Assembly (NCBI GenBank): GCA_045639325.1
Contig: JAZUCU010000019.1
Coordinates: 1-64,000, forward strand
Length of the DNA stretch: 64,000 nt
Origin: Victivallales bacterium
Lineage (GTDB): Bacteria > Verrucomicrobiota > Lentisphaeria > Victivallales > UBA1829
Direction: 5' to 3'
The translations under genes and the position numbers were made by a program. Below the pieces are notes generated by a model. The model searched no databases, was not told the origin of the DNA, and was given only the letters and a program-made list of their open reading frames with translations. Below are positions 18,411 to 27,350 of the stretch, piece after piece; position 1 is the first letter of the stretch, and each line of letters begins with the position of its first letter.

Positions 18411-19892
18411 TTACGCATGCACTTCCGGAGTGTTATAACAACTGATCTGATTCCGCGCAGTGCCCGTCTGATCGTATTCCGTAATACCCATATCCCACAC
18501 GATTTGACGCATCAACGGAGCCAGAGCACACTGCCCCGCACTCCGGAAAACAATGTCCGGACAATCAGTGCCGCACCACGCAGCCATACCGCCATAGACA
18601 AATTCCCTCAACAGATTCCAGGAATGATTCATGTGCCATGTCGTCATCAGATAGCCCGGAAGTTTTTCACGTCCAGCCATCCGCCCGAAGGAAAGCGAAC
18701 CTTTCTCCGCCAACCACGGGCAGACAAAAACATCAAAGCCCTGCTCCTGAAGATAAAGACTGGTCCGCCAATCCGGCTCCGTCTGACCTTCCTCAAGGTG
18801 ATAACCATATTCCCAGTCGCACAAAATCATATCTTTCGGAATCTTATTCAACAAATTGGGCGTATCAGGATTGCCGAACGCATAATATCCACGCCAGCGC
18901 GGATCGCCTTCCGTCAGAAGCATATCGTGCCACATCATAGCCCGGGCACCACGTTCGGCAAGAAGATCACGGAATTTGCGGATGTGTCCCGCAATCGTAT
19001 CTTCAATATTGACTTTCCGGCAGGCGGAACAGGAGAATGCGTCATGGGCTTCATCAAATCCAATATGGAAATACGGCGGATTACCGAAAAATTCATGCAG
19101 CTCACAAACCAGATCCGTCAACACTTTGATCGTTTCCGGATTCGTCAGACACCAGCTCCAGCCGTCCGGCTCAAACAAGGACTGCAGTTCCGGGTGAAAA
19201 TCAAGAATCGCATGTTTTGCGCTCGCGATCCGTGACCAGGAAGCATGACCGAAAAGATTGATCTGGGGAATCAATGTCACACCCAATTCTTTTCCCAATG
19301 CAATCAACCGTCTGAATTCCCCGCGCGGAACCGCATAATCCTTCCAGCAGAATTCCGGATGAGATTCAAAAGGAAACACACCCCAAGGCTCCAATACGAT
19401 TGCATTGAATTTGAAATAAGCGGCTAGACGGATCTGTTTTTCAATTTCGAATGACGGCGTTTCCGGGAACCAGCAGAGGTGAACTCCACGGAACGGAATC
19501 GCCGGTTCATCCTTGATCTCGCAAGCCGGAACAATATATTCAGAAAAATATAAAACGCCGCGTTCCGGTTCCGCAAGCTGACGGACTGTTTTCAACGCAT
19601 TACGCACCCCGGCGATATCGGCAGCTTCGATCCGGATCCGTTGTTCTTTCACGGAAAGCTGATACCCTTCCGCCTTGATTCCATCGCCGCCCGTCTGACA
19701 GGTGACCTGCGGTTCCGCCTTCCAATAATTGCGGAAGATAGAAGCAACCATCGACGCCATTTCCACAGGTGCGATCAATTCGACCTGACATCCATTATTA
19801 ATATGGAACATTTCCTCATCGAAGAATTCCATTTCTTTCGGAACGGGCACCAAACGTTTTTTGAAAAGATCAAGCGAGCGTTCATCAATCAT
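18411..19892 (-). CDS. GH20-like glycoside hydrolase (beta-N-acetylhexosaminidase-like), no signal peptide
   Basis: TIM-barrel-like core with HIGFDEA (GH20 H-x-G-x-D-E-like catalytic motif) and FRGVHL. The ATG at 19892 has GAGG 6 nt upstream; the alternative ATG at 19904 is possible. Confidence 0.6.
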   Translation of the reverse strand: MIDERSLDLFKKRLVPVPKEMEFFDEEMFHINNGCQVELIAPVEMASMVASIFRNYWKAEPQVTCQTGGDGIKAEGYQLSVKEQRIRIEAADIAGVRNALKTVRQLAEPERGVLYFSEYIVPACEIKDEPAIPFRGVHLCWFPETPSFEIEKQIRLAAYFKFNAIVLEPWGVFPFESHPEFCWKDYAVPRGEFRRLIALGKELGVTLIPQINLFGHASWSRIASAKHAILDFHPELQSLFEPDGWSWCLTNPETIKVLTDLVCELHEFFGNPPYFHIGFDEAHDAFSCSACRKVNIEDTIAGHIRKFRDLLAERGARAMMWHDMLLTEGDPRWRGYYAFGNPDTPNLLNKIPKDMILCDWEYGYHLEEGQTEPDWRTSLYLQEQGFDVFVCPWLAEKGSLSFGRMAGREKLPGYLMTTWHMNHSWNLLREFVYGGMAAWCGTDCPDIVFRSAGQCALAPLMRQIVWDMGITEYDQTGTARNQISCYNTPEVHA

Positions 19893-19922
19893 AAACCACC
19901 TCATAAGTAATAAAATCTGCGG

Positions 19923-22286
19923 TTATTCCACCGTTTGCACCAGAGAGGCAAACGGATATTCCGGCCAGGGCTCCGCCACACATTCCAAGCCAGCCGGATA
20001 GGAGACTTGAACATTCAAGCCCTGTTCCGTTTTCTCCCAGGAAACACGGATCTTGCCGTGAGGTGTGACAACTTCACCCGAGACACGTTCCAGCATACCC
20101 GCCCACGGACACAGACGGAATTTGCGGAAGCCCGGTTCCAATGGTGTCACGCCCAGACGCAATGCCTGACTGAACCACGCCGGAATCGCACTCCATCCGT
20201 GACAGAGACTGCCCGCTTTCTGGAATGCATCACCACAGAAAGAGGTTTCCGGGAATGTGGTCAGACCTTTTTCCAACAGGGGTTCAAAGGAACGGCGGAT
20301 CCGGTTTTCAATGTAAGTACGGGTTTCCGGCGACTGTTGGAACATGGCATCCGCCAGATACGGCAGGACGCTGAACGTGACGGGTACAAATTCTTTTTCT
20401 TCCATGATGCGCGGAAGAATGGATCTTTTCTGTTCTTCCGGCATCAAACCAAGGAACAGGAGCATGATTTGGACATGTTCGCAAAGCTGATCTTCCGGAT
20501 CAAGCAGCTGAGACCAGGCATTGCGTTTCGCATCGTAGAACACTTCCACGACACGTTTACCCAAAGCCTCCGCCTGCTGATTCCAATAATCCGCACGAGC
20601 TGTATCGCCGCAATATTCGTATCCACGCGCCGCTGAACGGAACGCAAGGACAAGGTACAGGTTATAGAGAGCATGTTCGCGGAATTCGGAATCGTGACCG
20701 AGAATGCCCGTCCATTCGTAGAACGACCAGATGCCGGGATCCGGTTTCAGACTGGGCATGTAGAGACCTTCCACAGCACTCTTCCGGTTCAGGGCATGAT
20801 TCAGGATCCATTCGATCTTTTCCATTTTCTCACGGAAGAAGTCCGTATCGCCAGTGAAGAGCACATATTCCGCCATTTCCAGAATCCAGACAAAGGAGAA
20901 ACAGGGAATGGTCAGGAAGATTTCACCCGGCGCAGTCAGAGTGAGATAACCGGTATCCTTGCCAAATTTACTGCGGGAAAGCAAGTCAAGAGCAGCACGG
21001 ACAAATTTATAATTGCCCCAGAGATAATATCCATACAGAATTTCATTCCGGGAGTCATAGGCGTACAATGCCTGTTCACGCCACGGACAATCTTCGTAAT
21101 GATCATGCATGCAACAGATCAGCGTGCGGATGGCAGTAGAACGCAAGCGCATTTCCACCGGATCATCGGCAGAAAATGCAGCAGCTTCCGGCAACGGCAA
21201 AAGCGTTTCGGAAAGTCCGGCATAACGCAGACGCACTTGTGTCCCGACCGGCGGGAAGATTTGCAATTCCAGATAACGTGCCCCCAGACGGCGGAGAGGA
21301 TAATAGAACTCGTTTCTGCCTTCTTTGCAATAGTAATGATCACAGAAATATCTGCCTTCGATGAAAGAACGGACTTCCCCGTCATCGATATGTTCCCCGT
21401 GATGAATCATCACAAATGTGCCTTCCGGCGCATCCAGTTCGAGACGGAGGAAGCCGATCGTTTCCTGTCCGATATCAACAATACAGAATTGACCATCCAC
21501 ATTTTCCGCACGAGGGGGGAACAAAATGCCATCACAGCCGAGAGTCAAAGGAATCGGCGGCGTGGCATAAAGTCCGGGCGTATCACCGGCGATTTCAGGG
21601 AAAAATTTCCAGGGAAACCGGTTTTTACGGAAAACATCTTCGCCATTCCGGAGCAAATCTCCCTGTAAAATCAAATCCGTCTTACCGGCTGGCATTTCCT
21701 GAAGGAAAGGAACGGGACGGGCAACAAATTCGCTCCAATCGCCGGAGGGATCAGGCAACGGCAATTCTGTCGCGTTCTGCCAGTCGGAATCATCGTAATC
21801 GACCGCAAGCCAATCGTCTTCTTTTGCCGCATTGTATACAAAATTGAATCCAAGCTGAGAAGTCACCTGCTGGGCATTGCCTTGTGCAAAACTTTCGGAC
21901 AAACGGCATTTCCAATCAGCACAACCCGGAAGAGTCCAGTTATCAGCGGAGAGTTCGACAACCAATCCGGGAGCGGCAGGGATGTGAGTCAGACATCCGA
22001 AACCGAGACGGTACACCAGAACGCAAATGGCATTTTCCCCGTTTTTCAAGTAAGCAGAGACATCCATTTCCGAGACCGTTTTCCGATTGGGAAAATCGGG
22101 GAATTGGGTCATCTCCAAACGTTTTCCGTTGAGATAAACCGCATATTCGGATTCTGCGGAAATACGCAGCATTACATTTGCCGGAACGGTATCAAGAGAG
22201 AAATTCCGGCGGAAACGGACGTAACGATCCGGGTAAAGTTCACCGTTAAAATCAATCCGGCGTACGGAATCAGAGAAAAAAGCCAT
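19923..22286 (-). CDS. GH78-like six-hairpin glycosidase (alpha-L-rhamnosidase-like), no signal peptide
   Basis: Size and layout fit the family, and DCPWREQ resembles the GH78 DCPxRE motif. The ATG at 22286 has AGGAG 7 nt upstream; the ORF-track TTG start is rejected. Confidence 0.55.
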   Translation of the reverse strand: MAFFSDSVRRIDFNGELYPDRYVRFRRNFSLDTVPANVMLRISAESEYAVYLNGKRLEMTQFPDFPNRKTVSEMDVSAYLKNGENAICVLVYRLGFGCLTHIPAAPGLVVELSADNWTLPGCADWKCRLSESFAQGNAQQVTSQLGFNFVYNAAKEDDWLAVDYDDSDWQNATELPLPDPSGDWSEFVARPVPFLQEMPAGKTDLILQGDLLRNGEDVFRKNRFPWKFFPEIAGDTPGLYATPPIPLTLGCDGILFPPRAENVDGQFCIVDIGQETIGFLRLELDAPEGTFVMIHHGEHIDDGEVRSFIEGRYFCDHYYCKEGRNEFYYPLRRLGARYLELQIFPPVGTQVRLRYAGLSETLLPLPEAAAFSADDPVEMRLRSTAIRTLICCMHDHYEDCPWREQALYAYDSRNEILYGYYLWGNYKFVRAALDLLSRSKFGKDTGYLTLTAPGEIFLTIPCFSFVWILEMAEYVLFTGDTDFFREKMEKIEWILNHALNRKSAVEGLYMPSLKPDPGIWSFYEWTGILGHDSEFREHALYNLYLVLAFRSAARGYEYCGDTARADYWNQQAEALGKRVVEVFYDAKRNAWSQLLDPEDQLCEHVQIMLLFLGLMPEEQKRSILPRIMEEKEFVPVTFSVLPYLADAMFQQSPETRTYIENRIRRSFEPLLEKGLTTFPETSFCGDAFQKAGSLCHGWSAIPAWFSQALRLGVTPLEPGFRKFRLCPWAGMLERVSGEVVTPHGKIRVSWEKTEQGLNVQVSYPAGLECVAEPWPEYPFASLVQTVE

Positions 22287-22341
22287 AATGCACTCCTGTC
22301 CGGACAAACGACTGAAACGCGCCGGAACAATTCAAATTTTA

Positions 22342-22923
22342 TTACAGGACAATGACATCTGTCACTTTGTTATTGTTGAACACGATCCGTTTTCCGACCA
22401 GCAGTTCAGTCCAGAAAAGCCAGGTATTCAATGTTTCATCGGGAGTTTTGTATTTGCACGGAGGACCGTATGCGAGGCGCACTTCCTGTTTTGTCATGCC
22501 GTTATCCACCATGCCGCGGCGGATTTTTTCCACGTTGATAGTAGAAACACCTTCGGTGAGAGTTTTGAAGTCGCGACTGGTGAAGAGGTCACGGATATAA
22601 TCTTCCACAGACTGCATGCGGTACTGCGGTTCAAAAACAATCCGGAAGACTTTTTTATCGGCAACGGTGCGGAATGTGATATCTTCTTTCGTGGCTTTCA
22701 CGATTTCAACTTCTGTACCAAAGGGCAGAATGGAGCCTTTGAGATAATTGATCGATTTCACATTATCCGCTTTTTCGTACCAGAGATTGTAAGAGGTGTA
22801 GATCTTACCGTTTACGGGTACTTGCAGCACTTCTTCCACAACCAGATCTTTTGTGCAGGATGTGCAGAACAATGCAGTCAGAGCGACTGCGGCGGATACA
22901 AGCCATTGACTTTTCATTTTCAT
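22342..22923 (-). CDS. lipoprotein with SmpA/OmlA (BamE-like) C-terminal region
   Basis: Lipobox ALFCTSC. GMTKQEVRLAYGPP resembles the BamE/SmpA motif. Start is 1 nt after the ctp stop. Confidence 0.55.
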   Translation of the reverse strand: MKMKSQWLVSAAVALTALFCTSCTKDLVVEEVLQVPVNGKIYTSYNLWYEKADNVKSINYLKGSILPFGTEVEIVKATKEDITFRTVADKKVFRIVFEPQYRMQSVEDYIRDLFTSRDFKTLTEGVSTINVEKIRRGMVDNGMTKQEVRLAYGPPCKYKTPDETLNTWLFWTELLVGKRIVFNNNKVTDVIVL

Positions 22924-22924
22924 T

Positions 22925-24211
22925 TTATTTCATTCCTTTCTTGGATTCTGTTTCGGCTTTACGTAATATTCTCATCCCCTGCAGCAATTCCACGGCACGC
23001 GCCAAAGCGGTATCGCGAATCGGCTGGGGCATCAGGGGCATGATTTCCCCGGGATGCTGATTCAACTGGTAGGAAAATCGGCTGCGCAGATTCATCGGCA
23101 CCGCAACCGTAATATCCGGCTGGACACCTTTCCCATGAATCACCGCTCTGCCCGGCGTAAAATAACGCGCCGTCGTCAAACGCAACGCTCCGCTTTTCGG
23201 GCCAAGTTCAATAACGGTCTGAACGGATCCTTTGCCGAAGGAACGTTCCCCGATCAACACCGCCCGGCTGTAATCCCGCATACAGGCAGCAAAAATTTCA
23301 GAAGCAGAGGCGGAATTGCCATTGATCAGTACAATGAGCGGAAGATCAAGATATTTTTCACATTTCTCGCTGGAATATAAGGACGACCCCTTACTGCCGC
23401 GCCGTTCCACAGAAACCACCAGCTTTCCGCCGGGAATGAAACGACTGCAGAGATCAACTGCAACACCGAGCAATCCGCCCGGATTATCCCGCAAGTCAAT
23501 AATCAGGGAATCCATTTTCTGACTGCAGAGTTTCTTGATTGCAGCATCAAAATCTTTCACACTTTCGCCACCGAATTGAAGGAGACGGATATAGCCCACG
23601 CCGCCCGAATTGGGAATGATCCGGGCACCACGCACCGTACTGACACGGAAAGTATCCCGCTTGACAAAGATTTCTTTGCGGAGATCCTGACTGGCACGGT
23701 AAATCTGTATTTTCACATCGGTACCAATATCACCGCGAATCTTGCGGGCTGCAGTGTTGACATCCATTTCATCAGTCGGCTCGCCATTGATCTGCAGCAA
23801 CAGGTCACCGGGGAGAATACCGGCTTTTTCCGCCGGGGCACCGGGGACAACGGTTATCACTTCCAGTCCGCGTCGCTGTTTGGAGATGGTCACACCGATC
23901 CCGATCCGTTTACCGGAGATATCTTCTTTGGAATACTGATGCACTTCCGGCGATTCAAAATTGCTGAAAGGGTCAAGTTCCTGCATCAACCCGCGAATAG
24001 CAGCATTGAAAAGATTTTTCCAGGTAACTTTTTCCGGTTCGACATAATTGCTGCGGATGATAGCCAGCACAGTGAGGAAATCCGCCATCTGCACATAAGC
24101 CTCCTGATCAACCATAGGGGCAGGCTTTGCCGGTGCTTTCTCTGCATCGGCGGCGATAACAGAGCAGACGCAAGAGAAAAAGAGAATAAAACGGACAAGA
24201 TGTTTCAGCAA
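22925..24211 (-). CDS. ctpA: carboxy-terminal processing protease (S41 family, PDZ domain)
   Basis: Signal peptide, PDZ segment (GAPAEKAGILPGDLLLQING), and S41 catalytic region GNSASASEIFA ... GKGSVQ. Confidence 0.9.
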   Translation of the reverse strand: MLKHLVRFILFFSCVCSVIAADAEKAPAKPAPMVDQEAYVQMADFLTVLAIIRSNYVEPEKVTWKNLFNAAIRGLMQELDPFSNFESPEVHQYSKEDISGKRIGIGVTISKQRRGLEVITVVPGAPAEKAGILPGDLLLQINGEPTDEMDVNTAARKIRGDIGTDVKIQIYRASQDLRKEIFVKRDTFRVSTVRGARIIPNSGGVGYIRLLQFGGESVKDFDAAIKKLCSQKMDSLIIDLRDNPGGLLGVAVDLCSRFIPGGKLVVSVERRGSKGSSLYSSEKCEKYLDLPLIVLINGNSASASEIFAACMRDYSRAVLIGERSFGKGSVQTVIELGPKSGALRLTTARYFTPGRAVIHGKGVQPDITVAVPMNLRSRFSYQLNQHPGEIMPLMPQPIRDTALARAVELLQGMRILRKAETESKKGMK

Positions 24212-24261
24212 AATATTTCACCTTTCAATAAGATTCGCGGGATGACAACTATTATCTATAT

Positions 24262-24289
24262 AATTTAACATGTAAAGTATAACTTTCAA
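24262..24289 (-). promoter_or_regulatory. putative promoter of ctp operon
   Basis: Minus strand TTGAAA-N16-TAAATT. Confidence 0.4.
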
Positions 24290-24370
24290 GGGCGGGGATG
24301 TTTTTTTGCCGAAAAAAACAGAAAAATAAGGTCAAAATATCAGAAACACGTAAAATTTTTCTAAAAAAAA

Positions 24371-24399
24371 TTGACAAACTGCAGGTTGGGGATTATATT
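24371..24399 (+). promoter_or_regulatory. putative promoter of yebC-ruvC-psd-like-pssA operon
   Basis: Consensus TTGACA-N17-TATATT. Confidence 0.55.
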
Positions 24400-24448
24400 A
24401 CTGGAATGTTTACGTCTAAGTTTAACACATTAACCTTGAGGTGATACT

Positions 24449-25207
24449 ATGTCCGGTCACAGTAAATGGGCAAACATCAAGCACAAAAAGGAAGCGTCTG
24501 ACAAAAAGAAAGGTCAGGCATTTTCCAAAATAGCAAAAGAAATCATGGTCGCTGTAAAAGCCGGCGGCAAAGATCCCAACTCCAACATCAAACTGCGTAT
24601 GGCTCTTGCTTCCGCCAGAGCAGCCAACATGCCGCGCGACAACATTGAACGCGCAATCAAAAAAGGTGCTGGTGAACTCGGAAGCGTAACATACGAAGAA
24701 ATCGTGTACGAAGGCTATGGTCCCGCAGGAACCGCTTTCATCCTCGACTGTCTGACCGATAACCGTAACCGTACCATCGGTGAAATCCGTACCGTCTTTG
24801 ACCGTAACGGCGGTAATCTCGCAGCCAGCGGTGCCGTGGGTTGGATGTTCCAGCGCAAAGCTCACTTCATCATCGAAGGCGAATATGCCGATGAAGAAAA
24901 ACTGATGGATATCGTTCTCGAAGCCGGTGCAGAAGATATCGAAGTCGAAGACGGTGTTGCAGAAGTCTGGGGTCCCGCAGAAAGCTTTGCCGATATCGCA
25001 AAAGCATTGGAAGATGCCGGCGCAACATGCAGCGAAGCTTCTCTGACACGTAAGCCCGACAACACAGTCGAAATCAAAGACAAAACAACAGCCCAGCAGG
25101 TCTTGCGCCTGGTCGACAAACTGGAAGATCTCGAAGACGTCCAGTCTGTCAACTCCAACGAAGAAATTCTTCCTGAAATCATGGAAGAAATCGAAGCGGA
25201 AGGCTGA
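24449..25207 (+). CDS. yebC: YebC/PmpR family DNA-binding transcriptional regulator
   Basis: MSGHSKWANIKHKK N-terminus is diagnostic. Located upstream of ruvC, as in many bacteria. Confidence 0.93.
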   Translation: MSGHSKWANIKHKKEASDKKKGQAFSKIAKEIMVAVKAGGKDPNSNIKLRMALASARAANMPRDNIERAIKKGAGELGSVTYEEIVYEGYGPAGTAFILDCLTDNRNRTIGEIRTVFDRNGGNLAASGAVGWMFQRKAHFIIEGEYADEEKLMDIVLEAGAEDIEVEDGVAEVWGPAESFADIAKALEDAGATCSEASLTRKPDNTVEIKDKTTAQQVLRLVDKLEDLEDVQSVNSNEEILPEIMEEIEAEG

Positions 25208-25214
25208 TAAGCTC

Positions 25215-25724
25215 ATGATCGTACTCGGTGTGGATACCGCCATCCGGAAAACCGGTTATGCGGTGATTGATTTCCACACCGGGGGCTCTTTCAAAATTCT
25301 GGATTGCGGCATCATAAAAAATGCAGCTACCCTGCCCCACAGTCAATGCCTGCGGCGTCTCGCCGGAGGTATGCGGGAACTGGTCAAGCTGTATCATCCC
25401 GAAGCTGCATCCATTGAAACAGCTTTCGCCGCCCGGAATATTCGGACGGCTATGATCCTTTCCCTCGCCCGGGGTGCTGTGATTACCGCTTTGACGGAAG
25501 AACAAATCCCGGTCTACGAGTACTCCCCCAAAACGGCAAAACGTGCCGCAACGGGGATCGGCGAAGCTCAAAAACAACAGGTGGCTGCCGTTTTTGCCGC
25601 CCTGGCTTCTCTGGATATTTCAAAAATACCGGATGACGCGACTGATGCGTTGGCTTTAGCATTCTGTCATGCATCATTGGTCGTCCGTAATAATTCAACT
25701 TGCCGTGTCCCGTCACCAATCTGA
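25215..25724 (+). CDS. ruvC: crossover junction endodeoxyribonuclease RuvC
   Basis: VLGVDTAIRKTGYAVID N-terminal catalytic Asp region, size 169 aa, yebC-ruvC synteny. Confidence 0.88.
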   Translation: MIVLGVDTAIRKTGYAVIDFHTGGSFKILDCGIIKNAATLPHSQCLRRLAGGMRELVKLYHPEAASIETAFAARNIRTAMILSLARGAVITALTEEQIPVYEYSPKTAKRAATGIGEAQKQQVAAVFAALASLDISKIPDDATDALALAFCHASLVVRNNSTCRVPSPI

Positions 25725-25753
25725 CAGACACATGGCGCAACTACAGGTGTGAG

Positions 25754-26488
25754 ATGGCAAACTTGCATAGTGGACGCAAACAGATGATTCTTGCATTTTT
25801 ATATGCCGGAATCTGTGTGGGGGTTATTGTGCTTCTGACCATCCTGCTTAATTCATTCAACTGGTTTTTATTTACCGCTTATCTTATTATTGCTGTGTTA
25901 CTTGCAGCAGTTTACTGTTTCATTTCCACCCATTCATCCCGGCGCAAACATGCAGAACCGGGTGCCATCTATCCTCCCTCCTTCGGTACAGTGGATGAAG
26001 TGGAATTAATCAAAAATGAAACCATTTCTCTCGAAGAAATGAAGAATCTTTTCGACGTACATGATGCGCTCCGCATCGGTATCACGCCGTCACGGTTCCG
26101 CTCCCGCAAAAGCCGTGCCCCGATTGATATGAAAGTCGTATTTATCGCAAGGGATCCAGATGCCGTTACAATCGGAGCAATGGCAAAAATTGAAGAGCTG
26201 GTCTGCCCGATCGCAATCAGATGGATTGCAAAAAACAATGGAGAAAAGATATTTACAGGTATTAAACCTGATGAATTAATCAATGCCGGTGATATCATCG
26301 GCAATGTTTCCGCACCGTTCAGAACAGAAATGTTTCTGCCTGCCGGTTTGGGAATCGAACTCGTGATCAAAGCTGGAAGTTGCGTATCCACGATTGCTCC
26401 GGCAGCCTGGATATATCCTGCTGCAATGGATAAAATACGCCAATCCAGATTCAACGACAATACTTGCAAGGAGATAAAAGAATCATGA
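25754..26488 (+). CDS. membrane-anchored phosphatidylserine-decarboxylase-like protein with degenerate catalytic motifs
   Basis: Two N-terminal TM helices. The C-terminal block AGDIIGNVSAPFRTEMFLPAG aligns by eye with the short-type PSD block AGERfGlIrFGSRlDvFLPAG, but APF replaces FGS. SRKSRAP sits where PSDs carry H-x-N-R-A-P. Stop overlaps the pssA start (ATGA). Confidence 0.5.
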   Translation: MANLHSGRKQMILAFLYAGICVGVIVLLTILLNSFNWFLFTAYLIIAVLLAAVYCFISTHSSRRKHAEPGAIYPPSFGTVDEVELIKNETISLEEMKNLFDVHDALRIGITPSRFRSRKSRAPIDMKVVFIARDPDAVTIGAMAKIEELVCPIAIRWIAKNNGEKIFTGIKPDELINAGDIIGNVSAPFRTEMFLPAGLGIELVIKAGSCVSTIAPAAWIYPAAMDKIRQSRFNDNTCKEIKES

Positions 26489-27348
26489 AAGAACGTTTCC
26501 GGACAATGATCGAAAATAAAAAATGGATCAAGGGCATTCCCAATTCCCTCACCCTCTGTAATTCACTCTGCGGTTTCGCATCCATCCTCATCACCATTCA
26601 GGCATACAAGTATGTCAACGACCCCGGCGCTGTCGCCAAGGTCTTCGCCTGGAGTGCCGCAATGATCCTCTTCGCAATGGTATTCGATGCCTTCGACGGT
26701 TACGCCGCACGTATCCTCAATGCCGCAAGTATGCATGGTATTCAGATGGACTCCCTGGCTGACATGGTCACATTCGGTGTTGCGCCTGCCACACTCGTCG
26801 CAGTCATGGCACATCACATGCGCCATATTGATACCGTCAAAGGTTTTATCCCCGTATGCATTCTTGCCGCGGTCTATCTCGGCAGCGCCGCTCTCCGCCT
26901 CGCAACCTATAACGTCCATGCCATTCAGGATAAGAAAAGTTCCGGCGATAAATTCTCCGGTCTGCCCTCCCCCGGTGCCGCTGCAGCAATCTGCTCTCTG
27001 GTCATCTTCGTTGCTTATCGCGACGGCAAAGTAAACCGTCTGTTGCTGTATCTGCCCTGGTACACCGCCATTCTGGGTCTGCTCATGGTCAGCAAAGTCC
27101 CCTATGTCCATTTTGCAAAATGGCTGATCTCAACAAAACGCAATAAAAAACGTCTGCTGTTCCTGATTGTTATTCTTCTTCTCTGGATCATCACAGGTTT
27201 TGCATTTTCCAACCCCATTATTGTTCCCCTTGTCCTCATCAATGGATATGTAATCTGGGGCCCGCTGACCTGTCTGGCTGTTAAAATCGGTTTTATCTCA
27301 CCGCGCCCGGAACTCGTTCCGGATATCGCAGAGCATAAGGATTCTTGA
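26485..27348 (+). CDS. pssA: CDP-diacylglycerol--serine O-phosphatidyltransferase
   Basis: CDP-alcohol phosphatidyltransferase motif DAFDGYAARILNAASMHGIQMDSLADMVTFGVAPA. Polytopic membrane protein. Confidence 0.85.
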   Translation: MKERFRTMIENKKWIKGIPNSLTLCNSLCGFASILITIQAYKYVNDPGAVAKVFAWSAAMILFAMVFDAFDGYAARILNAASMHGIQMDSLADMVTFGVAPATLVAVMAHHMRHIDTVKGFIPVCILAAVYLGSAALRLATYNVHAIQDKKSSGDKFSGLPSPGAAAAICSLVIFVAYRDGKVNRLLLYLPWYTAILGLLMVSKVPYVHFAKWLISTKRNKKRLLFLIVILLLWIITGFAFSNPIIVPLVLINGYVIWGPLTCLAVKIGFISPRPELVPDIAEHKDS

Positions 27349-27350
27349 TC

